A stretch of DNA of 20,000 nucleotides from an uncultured virus (IMG/VR IMGVR_UViG_3300033571_022590) (IMGVR_UViG_3300033571_022590:55292-75291), one strand, 5' to 3'; shown: positions 8,826-17,395, counted from the first letter of the stretch. The notes: a model not told the origin generated them from the sequence alone. Program-made: numbers and translations.

Positions 8826-10826
8826 ATGCAAGATATTGTCCTTTTCTCTGTGCCGTACATAGAGCCAACCGCGCCGTCGGCTGGTCCTGCTCTCTTGAAG
8901 GGATATTTGGTGACTCAAGGATTTGCTGTCACAGCCTACGACTGGAACGTGGAGTTCAAAAAACACATCAACGATCCAACTCTGTACGGAGAATTTATAG
9001 CTTATTGGACCGGTGGCAACAAAACGGCCATGAGCAAACACAGTCTCAAACGCTATCATGATTTTTTGGAAGACTACGCTAAAAAATTTGCTGAAATCAA
9101 AACTAGATGGTTGGGGTTTGGTGTGTTTTCAGACCACAGTAGGCAGTGTTTATTTGATCTGTTGACTCATCTCAAGCAACAAGACTTAGGAACAACAAGA
9201 ATTGTGGTTGGTGGACATGGTTTAGATGTGGTATATTTGGACAGTATTTCACACCTGATTGATGCATACATTCTAGGAGAAGGTGAGATAGCTCTCAGAG
9301 AATTATTGCGCGAAAATTTTTCGTACCCTGGCATCAATAGTGCTTCGGTTCAAATTGATGATTTAGATCAACTTGGTTATGCTGACTACAGTGATTATGA
9401 TTTAACCAATGGATATGATCTTTGGTATGATTCGCCCATGATCCAAATCACTGGCAGTAGAGGTTGTGTTCGTAGTTGCAGTTTCTGTGAGGTTCCAAGT
9501 ATTTGGAAAAAATATAGATACAGGTCTGGAACCAGTTTGGCAAACGAGATCATAACCAATCACGAAAAAACCGGCATCAGACATTTTTATTTCACCGACA
9601 GTTTGATAAACGGCAATGTCAAACAACTGATGGAAATGATGTCTATACTGACAAAGTACAAGCAGGACACTGGATCTGATCTTACCTGGGGAGGTCAGTG
9701 GATTTCTAGACCACAAAAAGGTCTACCCAAAGACTATTACAAGTTGATCAAAAGCAGTGGCGGTTTCAATTTGTCTATAGGTGTTGAAACCGGCAGTGAT
9801 GCAGTGCGAGAGCACATGAAGAAAGGTTTTACCAATCAAGACCTTGATCTAGAAATGGAACAGTTCAGCCGTCACGGTATAAGATGTGGTTTTTTCATTT
9901 TACTAGGCTATCCCACCGAAACCGAAAAAGATTTCAAAGATACTCTGCGTATGTTCAAACGTTACACAAAATATGTGGCAGATGGAACTCTTATTGGTGT
10001 AGCAATTGGTAATGGATATTTTGCAGGTGCAAAAACACCCATAATCTTGGAAGGTCAGGAAGTCAAATATCTTGACAACAACAATTCAGTCAAATGGGTG
10101 TCCACTACAACCAACAGCAATTTCATGGAAAATATTCGACGCAGATTGATCGCACAAAAAGTATTAAACAGTCTAAAATGGCCCTCGTCCAATATTGAAT
10201 ATGAACTGAGAGGTGTTATCAGCAACAGCAATCTGTATTTTGACAAACAAGATAAACCTTTGGTAGAAGAACTGATTCGCAACAAAAATCTTGAACCTGA
10301 CCAGGAATTTTTAGCCGAAATTGAGCCACATGCTTATGAAATCAGCGTGACTCTACTTGGGGTGGCAGGTGAAACTGATCCCGTGGTTGACATACAAATA
10401 AACAATGTAAAATATCAAAATCTTCTGGTGCAGGGACTACAAACTTTTACTTTTAAAGTTGACCAAGCACGCAAAAGAAATCTGGTCAAAATTGCCTTGG
10501 TCAACAAAACTAACTTGGACACAGTGCTACAACATGGTCAAATAGTCAAAGACAAACATGTAAAAATTGAAAATTTAACCATTCACGGCAGCAGGTTTGC
10601 CCAACCTTTTTTACTCATGCAGGGCAAAGTAAAAACCAAGGCCGCGGGCTGGCAAGCGTATCGAGATGGTCTGTATGTCCAGGATGATTGTTACAGTTTA
10701 TATTTTGAAAATCCTGTTCATCCTTATTTCATCAAGAAAAACAAATACTACTTTGAAACTAGGAATCAATTTGCTAAAGACATGTTACAAAAGGTCACAA
10801 ATCTTTTTCATGATTTTGTAAATTAA
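8826..10826 (+). CDS. B12-binding radical SAM protein with C-terminal extension
   Basis: N-terminal cobalamin-binding-like region (PSAGPALLKGYL, IVVGG, GEGE), CxxxCxxC in RGCVRSCSFC, FTDSLING, IGVETGS, GYPTETEKDF. Confidence 0.9.
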   Translation: MQDIVLFSVPYIEPTAPSAGPALLKGYLVTQGFAVTAYDWNVEFKKHINDPTLYGEFIAYWTGGNKTAMSKHSLKRYHDFLEDYAKKFAEIKTRWLGFGVFSDHSRQCLFDLLTHLKQQDLGTTRIVVGGHGLDVVYLDSISHLIDAYILGEGEIALRELLRENFSYPGINSASVQIDDLDQLGYADYSDYDLTNGYDLWYDSPMIQITGSRGCVRSCSFCEVPSIWKKYRYRSGTSLANEIITNHEKTGIRHFYFTDSLINGNVKQLMEMMSILTKYKQDTGSDLTWGGQWISRPQKGLPKDYYKLIKSSGGFNLSIGVETGSDAVREHMKKGFTNQDLDLEMEQFSRHGIRCGFFILLGYPTETEKDFKDTLRMFKRYTKYVADGTLIGVAIGNGYFAGAKTPIILEGQEVKYLDNNNSVKWVSTTTNSNFMENIRRRLIAQKVLNSLKWPSSNIEYELRGVISNSNLYFDKQDKPLVEELIRNKNLEPDQEFLAEIEPHAYEISVTLLGVAGETDPVVDIQINNVKYQNLLVQGLQTFTFKVDQARKRNLVKIALVNKTNLDTVLQHGQIVKDKHVKIENLTIHGSRFAQPFLLMQGKVKTKAAGWQAYRDGLYVQDDCYSLYFENPVHPYFIKKNKYYFETRNQFAKDMLQKVTNLFHDFVN

Positions 10827-11115
10827 GATATCTAAGCACAAACCAAGTCTGTGCGGCTTCGCTGTAGAAATCCAAGTGAACTTGATCTTCATAGTGATAG
10901 CGGTGATTCCAACCTTCGCTTTTCATGATTTCCCACTCGGGTTCTGGATGTGGTACTAGACCTTTGTGCCTGCGTATGGTAAATCCCAACTCACGCTTGC
11001 AAACAAAACTGATGGCAATCTTGGGACCAAAGTCTTCAACTAGCTGAGCCTGCAGATCACTCCACTCTTCGGGTCTGTGAAATATGATCAAGTTTTTCTT
11101 TATCGTTACCTTCAT
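10795..11115 (-). CDS. Small hypothetical protein, F-x-L-[RK]-[WFY] family
   Basis: 106 aa; ...LDFYSEAAQTWFVLRYL; ATGA overlap with the upstream ORF. Confidence 0.8.
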   Translation of the reverse strand: MKVTIKKNLIIFHRPEEWSDLQAQLVEDFGPKIAISFVCKRELGFTIRRHKGLVPHPEPEWEIMKSEGWNHRYHYEDQVHLDFYSEAAQTWFVLRYLNLQNHEKDL

Positions 11116-11429
11116 GCGCCAAACTTCAACAAGAACAAAGTGTGCTTTTGCTCATCCAAGATTCTATACTTCAAATCCACACCCTCGGGTTGAATGGTCA
11201 TTTCTATACCATAGTTTTCTCGAAGATACTCTTGGAACTCCTGTCTCACAGGATTGTCGCTTTGATCCCATTCCTGTTTAACGGCACGCAGACGGAGATA
11301 ATATGTGCTATCCTTACCTACTATGGTGTCAATCCTGGCCGCCGGAGTAGCATAGTATTCATCTTGGGCCTGATCTGTCAAGCGTTTGGCAAATGCCTTT
11401 ACACGAGTTGCGATGTCGTTTTTACTCAT
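11112..11429 (-). CDS. Small hypothetical protein, F-x-L-[RK]-[WFY] family
   Basis: 105 aa; ...YRILDEQKHTLFLLKFGA; GGGAGG upstream of the ATG. Confidence 0.8.
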   Translation of the reverse strand: MSKNDIATRVKAFAKRLTDQAQDEYYATPAARIDTIVGKDSTYYLRLRAVKQEWDQSDNPVRQEFQEYLRENYGIEMTIQPEGVDLKYRILDEQKHTLFLLKFGA

Positions 11430-11703
11430 CCTCCCACCATTTGATAGTTTTAGCTCGAAGCTTGACCATAGTAAACTCTTTGCGATCTACTTGTCCACGA
11501 TATATACCCCAGGCCGGTTTGACCAAGTAAACACCATTGGCATTTTCCAACCATACTCGGCGACTGTGGGACATGAAATCATCGTGGGTCTTAAAACACA
11601 TCCTGCCACCTTCAGCCGGTGAGCAGTTGGGCATGCACCACAAGTGCCATCCTTCGCGGAAGGCCTTGTCTGTGCGCTCGTCTAATTCATAGTAATAATT
11701 CAT
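11422..11703 (-). CDS. Small hypothetical protein (divergent family member)
   Basis: 93 aa; ...VDRKEFTMVKLRAK; overlaps the next ORF by 8 nt. Confidence 0.75.
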   Translation of the reverse strand: MNYYYELDERTDKAFREGWHLWCMPNCSPAEGGRMCFKTHDDFMSHSRRVWLENANGVYLVKPAWGIYRGQVDRKEFTMVKLRAKTIKWWEDE

Positions 11704-11712
11704 TTAAACTAA

Positions 11713-12492
11713 TTATAAGGACCATTTATAGATATTATTAATGTCTAATGGAACAGATTTAATAGATTCTGAGTTGTAAAGTCGCAAAATCATTCTTCTA
11801 TGCTTCTGTGGATAGGTTCCGAGCATTTGATCTATTTCATCTGATACAAATTGCGGTATTGGAGTTGTTTGGGATACTATATCTTGATAATCTGGCCAAG
11901 ATTCTCCTCGGATGGCCAAATAATCCTCATAGGTCAAATATTTAGGTTCAATTTTAACTTTTTGTCCATAACAATGAACCCAGTCGCATTCAAAACCAAA
12001 TATTCTGGCAGAATTTATAATCCATGATAAATTTGGAGTTCCGTTGGGAATTATTTTACAATTTCCGTTCCACCCATGTAATACATTGTCTGTGGTTTCA
12101 AAAGTCCAAAACATTTCTGGATTGGCGGTCTCTGGTCCAAATACAGTTTCAAACAAAACATGTTCAATGTTTGGTTTTAGAATATAAGAAAAAAATCTAA
12201 AATGATCAAATAAGTGATACAACACTCCAAAGCAAGTTATAGTTTGACTTTTGTTAACCAACGGCGTTAATATATCAGGATTGGTTATGTCTCCAACAAC
12301 AAAATCTACGTTTCCTGTAATTTTTTCTTTGGCTTGACTGATTAATTCGTCTCTAATCTCTACAGCATATACATGTTTGGCATTATTTTTTAAAATTAAA
12401 TCGGTCGATTCGCCGGTATGACAGGCCAAATCTAATACAATTTTATTTTGTAAAATTTTATTATTAATTTTTAGATATTCTATTTTGTGCAT
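11713..12492 (-). CDS. Class I SAM-dependent methyltransferase
   Basis: Motif I VLDLACHTG, VYAVE, FVVGDI, CFGVLYHL. Visibly AT-rich relative to its neighbours. Confidence 0.85.
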   Translation of the reverse strand: MHKIEYLKINNKILQNKIVLDLACHTGESTDLILKNNAKHVYAVEIRDELISQAKEKITGNVDFVVGDITNPDILTPLVNKSQTITCFGVLYHLFDHFRFFSYILKPNIEHVLFETVFGPETANPEMFWTFETTDNVLHGWNGNCKIIPNGTPNLSWIINSARIFGFECDWVHCYGQKVKIEPKYLTYEDYLAIRGESWPDYQDIVSQTTPIPQFVSDEIDQMLGTYPQKHRRMILRLYNSESIKSVPLDINNIYKWSL

Positions 12493-12498
12493 AATAAT

Positions 12499-12726
12499 TC
12501 ACCTCCACCTCAATCTAAACATTACCGCATCTCGGTTATCCTCAAAACGAAACGCAAAACCTTCAGTTGCCTGATATCCATGTAGGTGCCAACGACCGTG
12601 TCCAGGTGTGCTAGAACACCACTCAGTGATAGCGTTTGGATTCATATCCGCATTGGCCAGCATGGTGTCCCAGGTCACAACCACTTCGGTCCAGTCGGGT
12701 GGTGGCCATGTTTCCAACCGATTCAT
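12499..12726 (-). CDS. Small hypothetical protein, F-x-L-[RK]-W family
   Basis: 75 aa; ...AITEWC...GRW...FAFRFEDNRDAVMFRLRWR; ATGA overlap. Confidence 0.82.
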   Translation of the reverse strand: MNRLETWPPPDWTEVVVTWDTMLANADMNPNAITEWCSSTPGHGRWHLHGYQATEGFAFRFEDNRDAVMFRLRWR

Positions 12727-12935
12727 TCAAACTTCATCCTAAAAAAAGTCTCCTGTGCAGGATCCTTAAAAATAAATCTGGCTTCAGGGTGTGCATGCAT
12801 GCTGTCATCATATCCATCATAGGGATCTGGTCGGTATTCCCAACTAAAATCTTCGTGCAACACAAGTCCATGTGCCAGGACCTGCTCTTTGAGATCTATG
12901 GCCTGCTGGGCATTTTTGACCAGGACTCGTATCAT
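12723..12935 (-). CDS. Small hypothetical protein, F-x-L-[RK]-[WF] family
   Basis: ...ARFIFKDPAQETFFRMKFE. Start set at the ATGA overlap at 12935 (track start 12956). Confidence 0.78.
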   Translation of the reverse strand: MIRVLVKNAQQAIDLKEQVLAHGLVLHEDFSWEYRPDPYDGYDDSMHAHPEARFIFKDPAQETFFRMKFE

Positions 12936-13153
12936 GCCCACCTCAACATGAACCAAGTGTAATCTTCATCATGATCAAATATATAGCAAGTTTCTCCCAA
13001 CTTGCTTTTGCTGACGTCCACCCTACACCTATAGGCTTTGCGCCAGCGAGCTCCATATTGTCTAGGACTTTCCATACGTTGTACCGGCAAAGCTCGAAAG
13101 GCTTTTAGATATGCTGGACCAAATGTTGGATCTGCTGTACTTACTCTAATCAT
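12932..13153 (-). CDS. Small hypothetical protein, F-x-L-[RK]-W family
   Basis: ...CYIFDHDEDYTWFMLRWA. Start set at the ATGA overlap at 13153, with GAGGTGG upstream (track start 13159). Confidence 0.8.
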   Translation of the reverse strand: MIRVSTADPTFGPAYLKAFRALPVQRMESPRQYGARWRKAYRCRVDVSKSKLGETCYIFDHDEDYTWFMLRWA

Positions 13154-13368
13154 GACCACCTCAATCGGAACAACACCGCATCCTGTTCTCTACGGAACAT
13201 GTAGGTGCTCTTGTAGTCTGAGTAGATACCTTGTGCCATGATATCCTCGCCCAGTTTGTACCAATCCTGATCAAACTCGCCTATGTTGGTCTTGCACCAG
13301 TCGCACACTTCTACCCAGTCGTGGCTGGTATAGCAGATGTGTGGCCAATCCTCGTCAGGCAGTTGCAT
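13150..13368 (-). CDS. Small hypothetical protein, F-x-L-[RK]-W family
   Basis: 72 aa; ...VCDWCKTNIG...DW...YMFRREQDAVLFRLRWS. Confidence 0.82.
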   Translation of the reverse strand: MQLPDEDWPHICYTSHDWVEVCDWCKTNIGEFDQDWYKLGEDIMAQGIYSDYKSTYMFRREQDAVLFRLRWS

Positions 13369-13705
13369 CCTGACTCCATTTCAGCTTGAAAAGACTCAAG
13401 GCTGTTTCGTTGACATAGATTCTGTATTCGTGATATCTACAGCTATAAGCCCAGTAGCGATTGATTTCACTAAAATCACCCAGGGAGTGATTCATACGCA
13501 CCTTGCTCTTGATCATTTCTGCACGAGTTTCTATGTCCTGGCTCCATCCCCAGCTCTCGTTCATCCACTTACGCACACGATCAAAGTCCAAGACACCTGT
13601 GCCCAAGCCCCATTGCACATTCTTGCGAAACTCAATCATGTAGGGAAACTGCGTGTGGTAGGCGTAGCGTTTGTCTAACTTGGTAATGTGATAGTTCATA
13701 TGCAC
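13355..13705 (-). CDS. Small hypothetical protein, F-x-L-[RK]-W family
   Basis: 116 aa; ...VRKWMNESWG...YRIYVNETALSLFKLKWS. The start may be a few codons downstream (MNYHI). Confidence 0.8.
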   Translation of the reverse strand: MHMNYHITKLDKRYAYHTQFPYMIEFRKNVQWGLGTGVLDFDRVRKWMNESWGWSQDIETRAEMIKSKVRMNHSLGDFSEINRYWAYSCRYHEYRIYVNETALSLFKLKWSQDATA

Positions 13706-13711
13706 TCGTTA

Positions 13712-13776
13712 AAAGGTGGAAGGCTGTAGCGACACAGCCTGTGAATTCCACAGCCTTCCGGGCCTATTTCTAGGCC
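13712..13776 (-). terminator. Structured intergenic region (terminator or attenuator candidate) after the AAA+ gene
   Basis: ggaaggctgt (13718-27) pairs with acagccttcc (13750-59); an alternative partner is acagcct (13734-40). A second hairpin ggccta-tttc-taggcc spans 13761-76. A short T-run follows on the minus strand. Confidence 0.55.
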
Positions 13777-14855
13777 GAAGCTTGAAGGATATACTTGCCG
13801 TACCGGTTGTGGAACTCATCAAAGTTCTTGAGCTTGGTAGGCATGAACGGAAGATTGTATGTGGTCAACGCAATTCTAGCACCCATTACAACCAACTCGG
13901 TCTCAAAGTTCTGCATCATGTACTTGAAGAAATGATCAGCCATTTCGTGGAACTGTTTGTCTGGTACTTTACGCTCAATAGCACCCTTTAGCTCGTAGCA
14001 CATGCCAATGACCAACGAATACATGGCTGACACTTCTTTGACATCAAGATCCTTGACCTTGCCTGCCAAAATATCTTCTGGTTTAGGCATGCGTCCAGCA
14101 ATCTTGCGGTGTGCCATAAACTTGACAGCAAGACCTTCGCCCACGGTGCCAGCAATCAAGTTCATAATGGTGTCATCGTCGGCATCTTCATCTTCCAAAA
14201 ACTGGCTGACAAAGGTCCATGACCTTGGTGTTGCAAAGGCACGGCTTGCGCTCTTGGGATCAAAGTCATACAAGTCTTGCTTGGCAAAACTCAAGTAACC
14301 CACAACATCTGAGTGGATGCCGTTGTTGACAGCCCACTCTTGCCACGACGGAAAGTCCACACGCATTTCTTGGTGTACAAAACGATTGCTCAACGGAGTT
14401 GGCATTCTATAGCTCACGCCCTTGTCTGACTCACGATTACCAGCAGCCACCATGACCACATTGTCAGGCAAAAAGTATTTGCCACTACGACGATTCAAGA
14501 TTAGTTGATAAGCCGCGGCTTGCACACTGGGAGCAGCCGAATTCATCTCATCGAGGAATAACACAACAATGGGATATTGGCTGGCCAATTCTTCTGTTGG
14601 CAAGTCCACGGGTTCGGCCCAGTCCATTTTACCCGAGTCTTTGTTGTAAAACGGAATACCACGGATATCTGTGGGCTCCATCTGACCAAGTCGGAGGTCG
14701 ATCATGTGGCCACCCAGTTCCTGGGCAATTTCGGCCACCAATTCCGATTTACCAATACCAGGAGGCCCCCAGAGGAATACTGGGCGTTTTTTGGCAAATG
14801 CTTTGAGCAGACTTTTACGGGCCTGCACCGATGTTACTGTTCTTGTATCTGACAT
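13770..14855 (-). CDS. MoxR-like AAA+ ATPase
   Basis: Walker A GPPGIGKS, Walker B VLFLDE, VAAGN, LSNRF (Arg finger), ATPRSW (sensor II-like). AAGGA upstream. Confidence 0.92.
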   Translation of the reverse strand: MSDTRTVTSVQARKSLLKAFAKKRPVFLWGPPGIGKSELVAEIAQELGGHMIDLRLGQMEPTDIRGIPFYNKDSGKMDWAEPVDLPTEELASQYPIVVLFLDEMNSAAPSVQAAAYQLILNRRSGKYFLPDNVVMVAAGNRESDKGVSYRMPTPLSNRFVHQEMRVDFPSWQEWAVNNGIHSDVVGYLSFAKQDLYDFDPKSASRAFATPRSWTFVSQFLEDEDADDDTIMNLIAGTVGEGLAVKFMAHRKIAGRMPKPEDILAGKVKDLDVKEVSAMYSLVIGMCYELKGAIERKVPDKQFHEMADHFFKYMMQNFETELVVMGARIALTTYNLPFMPTKLKNFDEFHNRYGKYILQASA

Positions 14856-14897
14856 GGCTGTGTCCTTTATAGAGTTAGAAAATTACTGCAAGTAAGT

Positions 14898-14926
14898 ATT
14901 ATATAAAATAATGTTTTTTAGGTCAA
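14898..14926 (-). promoter_or_regulatory. Consensus sigma70 (early) promoter for the AAA+ gene and small-ORF array
   Basis: Minus strand: TTGACC TAAAAAACATTATTTTA TATAAT (17-nt spacer), same hexamers as the VWA promoter. Confidence 0.8.
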
Positions 14927-14963
14927 CCAGGTCGCTAAATAATCCTGTTCCCATTTGACCCTT

Positions 14964-15602
14964 ATGCACACTGCTTGTTATCCTGATTGGCACTATACTC
15001 CTTTACAAATTGACAATCTAGAGCAGATTAGATCTGAACTTGAGCACCTGTTCAATGACCTGTACACTCCCGGTCAACCGGTAACTTTTATCAATTTTGA
15101 TCACAATACCAAACACTGGCAACGTCTGCTGGCTCTACAACAGTGGTTGGATAATACCAATCGCGCTCGTGATCGCTGGATCAATTGTTATTTCAGTGCC
15201 AGTCAAAATGGATTGTGTCCCATACATGTGGACTATACCAGTGAACACAAGTTTTTGGCCATCAATATTCCGGTGTTAAACTGTGACAACAGTTGGATAG
15301 CCTGGTATGACACCAACATTGAAGTCAACAATCCCATCAAGGCTGTGCAACGTGGAAACAACACCAATGAACTTGTAATTTTTGATGAACACACCTACCA
15401 AGATGTGATGGTCACTCCGCAATCATTTTGGTGCGATCAGGAACATGCTCGCGAAATAGATCGTGCCAGTTGTGATCAGCCCATGATGATCAATAACACA
15501 GTGCCACATCGTCCTATAGTGGCGCATGATCGACTTAGAGTCATGTTTTCACTGCGACTGACGCCGGCCAGTTTTGAACACGATGTCATGCCCTTTTTGT
15601 GA
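14964..15602 (+). CDS. Putative 2OG-Fe(II) oxygenase-like (DSBH) protein
   Basis: HxD (PIHVDY), INIPV strand, distal His (NNTVPH) and RVMFSLR. TAAATA at 14936-41 upstream. The track starts at a TTG at 14955. Confidence 0.6.
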   Translation: MHTACYPDWHYTPLQIDNLEQIRSELEHLFNDLYTPGQPVTFINFDHNTKHWQRLLALQQWLDNTNRARDRWINCYFSASQNGLCPIHVDYTSEHKFLAINIPVLNCDNSWIAWYDTNIEVNNPIKAVQRGNNTNELVIFDEHTYQDVMVTPQSFWCDQEHAREIDRASCDQPMMINNTVPHRPIVAHDRLRVMFSLRLTPASFEHDVMPFL

Positions 15603-16296
15603 TTCTCCGGCAAACTCGGTCATGCATGGTGTAGACCGAATTGTCCGGCACATTAGTGGTAACAGTGCTACCAATATAAACAATTGAATTGGCTCCAATT
15701 TCTAATTGCTTTTTTTTGCGTGCCATGAGTATGCAACCCACACCTATTCTGCAGTTATCTTTGATGGTTACATGTGCCAAAGTACTGGCTGCACCCACAA
15801 TCACATTGTTTCCGATCACAGTATCGGTTCCAATATTGCTTCTCCAATCTATAGCACTGTAGTTGCCAATGGTGATACGACTGATAAAAATTGTACCGCC
15901 CAAGATCAAAACACCGTGGCCTATGCTCACAGAGTCACGCCCGTGGAAAAACTGAGCACTGGGATGAATCAAATTTACTACATTGACCTGGCTGGATTCC
16001 AAGAGTTGTATTCGTGTTTGTCTTAGTTCTTCGCCAGTATTTCCGGTACCTGCTATGTCCTGACTGCCGTCCCACCAATCTGCAAGAAAAAAATCATATT
16101 GTCTCCACACACAATCTGGATTCATGAGATCACGTTCGTCACCAATCACTGGAATGCCATCTATGTAGTCAGTGTTTCCCCAGTAGTGATGATCTAAAAT
16201 TCCTAGAATTTCATAGCCAAGATCACGTGCAGTAAAAACTATATCACTGAGATTCCACCTACTACCAACTAGTACGAGTTTTTTAGAGGTTTGCAT
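15586..16296 (-). CDS. NeuD/PglD-like sugar acyltransferase (left-handed beta-helix)
   Basis: N-terminal LVLVGS...EILGILD...GIPVIG domain, NLIHPSA, then hexapeptide repeats (VSIGHG, ITIGNY, TVIGNN, LEIGAN). Start set at MQTSKK (track start 16332). Confidence 0.8.
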   Translation of the reverse strand: MQTSKKLVLVGSRWNLSDIVFTARDLGYEILGILDHHYWGNTDYIDGIPVIGDERDLMNPDCVWRQYDFFLADWWDGSQDIAGTGNTGEELRQTRIQLLESSQVNVVNLIHPSAQFFHGRDSVSIGHGVLILGGTIFISRITIGNYSAIDWRSNIGTDTVIGNNVIVGAASTLAHVTIKDNCRIGVGCILMARKKKQLEIGANSIVYIGSTVTTNVPDNSVYTMHDRVCRRITKRA

Positions 16297-16337
16297 GCGT
16301 GCTTTATATATCAACACACAACAAGGCACCATTAGAA

Positions 16338-16380
16338 TCCGGTTACGAATCCGGAACCACTCTATGATTGTGGTCGATTT
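16338..16380. repeat. Two-hairpin structured element, copy 1 (candidate cis-acting RNA/DNA motif)
   Basis: TCCGGTTACGAATCCGGA ACCAC TCTATGATT GTGGT CGATTT; homologous to 17470-17513. Confidence 0.7.
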
Positions 16381-16387
16381 TAAAATT

Positions 16388-17395
16388 TTACTTCTTGATC
16401 AAGGCCCACTGCTCTCGGCGGATACGATCTGTCACAGCCTTAGGTAGTGGCACATAATCTAGCTCTAGAGCACTCTTGGCACCGTTGTCCCACGACCAGG
16501 CAAAGAACTTGAGCACTTCTTGTGTGGCTTTGACATCCTTGGGTTCACGATACACCAGGATGAATGTGGCACCTGTGATGGGCCAAGCATCAGCACCTTT
16601 TTGATTTACCAAGCTGATGCCCATGCCGGGTGTCTTGAACCAGTCAGCGTCACGGGCAGCCGCGGCAAATGTCTTGTCATCGGGATCCACATACCGGCCA
16701 TCACGATTCTGCATCTTCATATGGGTAAGATTATTTTTCTTGGCATAGGCATATTCCACATAACCAATTGAACCTTTGACACGAGCCACGTTGGCCGCAA
16801 CACCTTCGTTGCCTTTGCCACCCACGGCTGTTGCTGGAATCCATTTGACTGCCGCGCCTTTGCCCATGCGTTCAGCCCAGGGCTTTGACACTTCGTTCAA
16901 GTAGTCGGTAAAGATGAATGTTGTACCTGATCCATCCGCACGATGTATCACAGTGATGGCCTGGTCAGGTAAGGTCCGACCTGGGTTTAATGCGGCAATT
17001 TTTGGGTCGTTCCATTTGGATACGGTTCCAAGGTAAATGTCTGCTAACACTGGGCCTGTGAGCTGTAGTTCGCCTGGTTTGAATCCGTCTAGGTTAATGA
17101 TAGGAACTACACCACCCAGCACTGTGGGAAACTGGATCAGGCCAGCCTGTGCCAGATCTGCCACATTCATAGGAGCATCTGTGGCTCCAAAATGTACTGT
17201 ACCGGCACGGATCTGTTTGATACCGCCCGAGCTACCAATACTCTGATAATTGAGCTTGACTCCGCTGACTTTTTCATAGTCTTTGGACCATTTGGCATAA
17301 ACGGGATATGGGAATGTGGCACCAGCGCCGGTGATTTCTACAGCAGACACTGAAGTCGCTAATACTGTTAATACAGCGGCTAAAAACTTTTTCAT
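16388..17395 (-). CDS. pstS: Phosphate ABC transporter substrate-binding protein PstS
   Basis: Signal peptide; GAGATFPYPVYAKW, NYQSIGSSGGIKQI, FGATDAP, RADGSGTT, GKGNEGV, WPITGATFIL. AAGGAG Shine-Dalgarno. Confidence 0.97.
   Translation of the reverse strand: MKKFLAAVLTVLATSVSAVEITGAGATFPYPVYAKWSKDYEKVSGVKLNYQSIGSSGGIKQIRAGTVHFGATDAPMNVADLAQAGLIQFPTVLGGVVPIINLDGFKPGELQLTGPVLADIYLGTVSKWNDPKIAALNPGRTLPDQAITVIHRADGSGTTFIFTDYLNEVSKPWAERMGKGAAVKWIPATAVGGKGNEGVAANVARVKGSIGYVEYAYAKKNNLTHMKMQNRDGRYVDPDDKTFAAAARDADWFKTPGMGISLVNQKGADAWPITGATFILVYREPKDVKATQEVLKFFAWSWDNGAKSALELDYVPLPKAVTDRIRREQWALIKK

Noticed and set aside
16338..16380. The two-hairpin element as a tRNA, known riboswitch or intrinsic terminator
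   Set aside because: Too short for a cloverleaf, no match to any riboswitch consensus I can recall, and no U-tract on the coding strand. Kept as an unassigned element.
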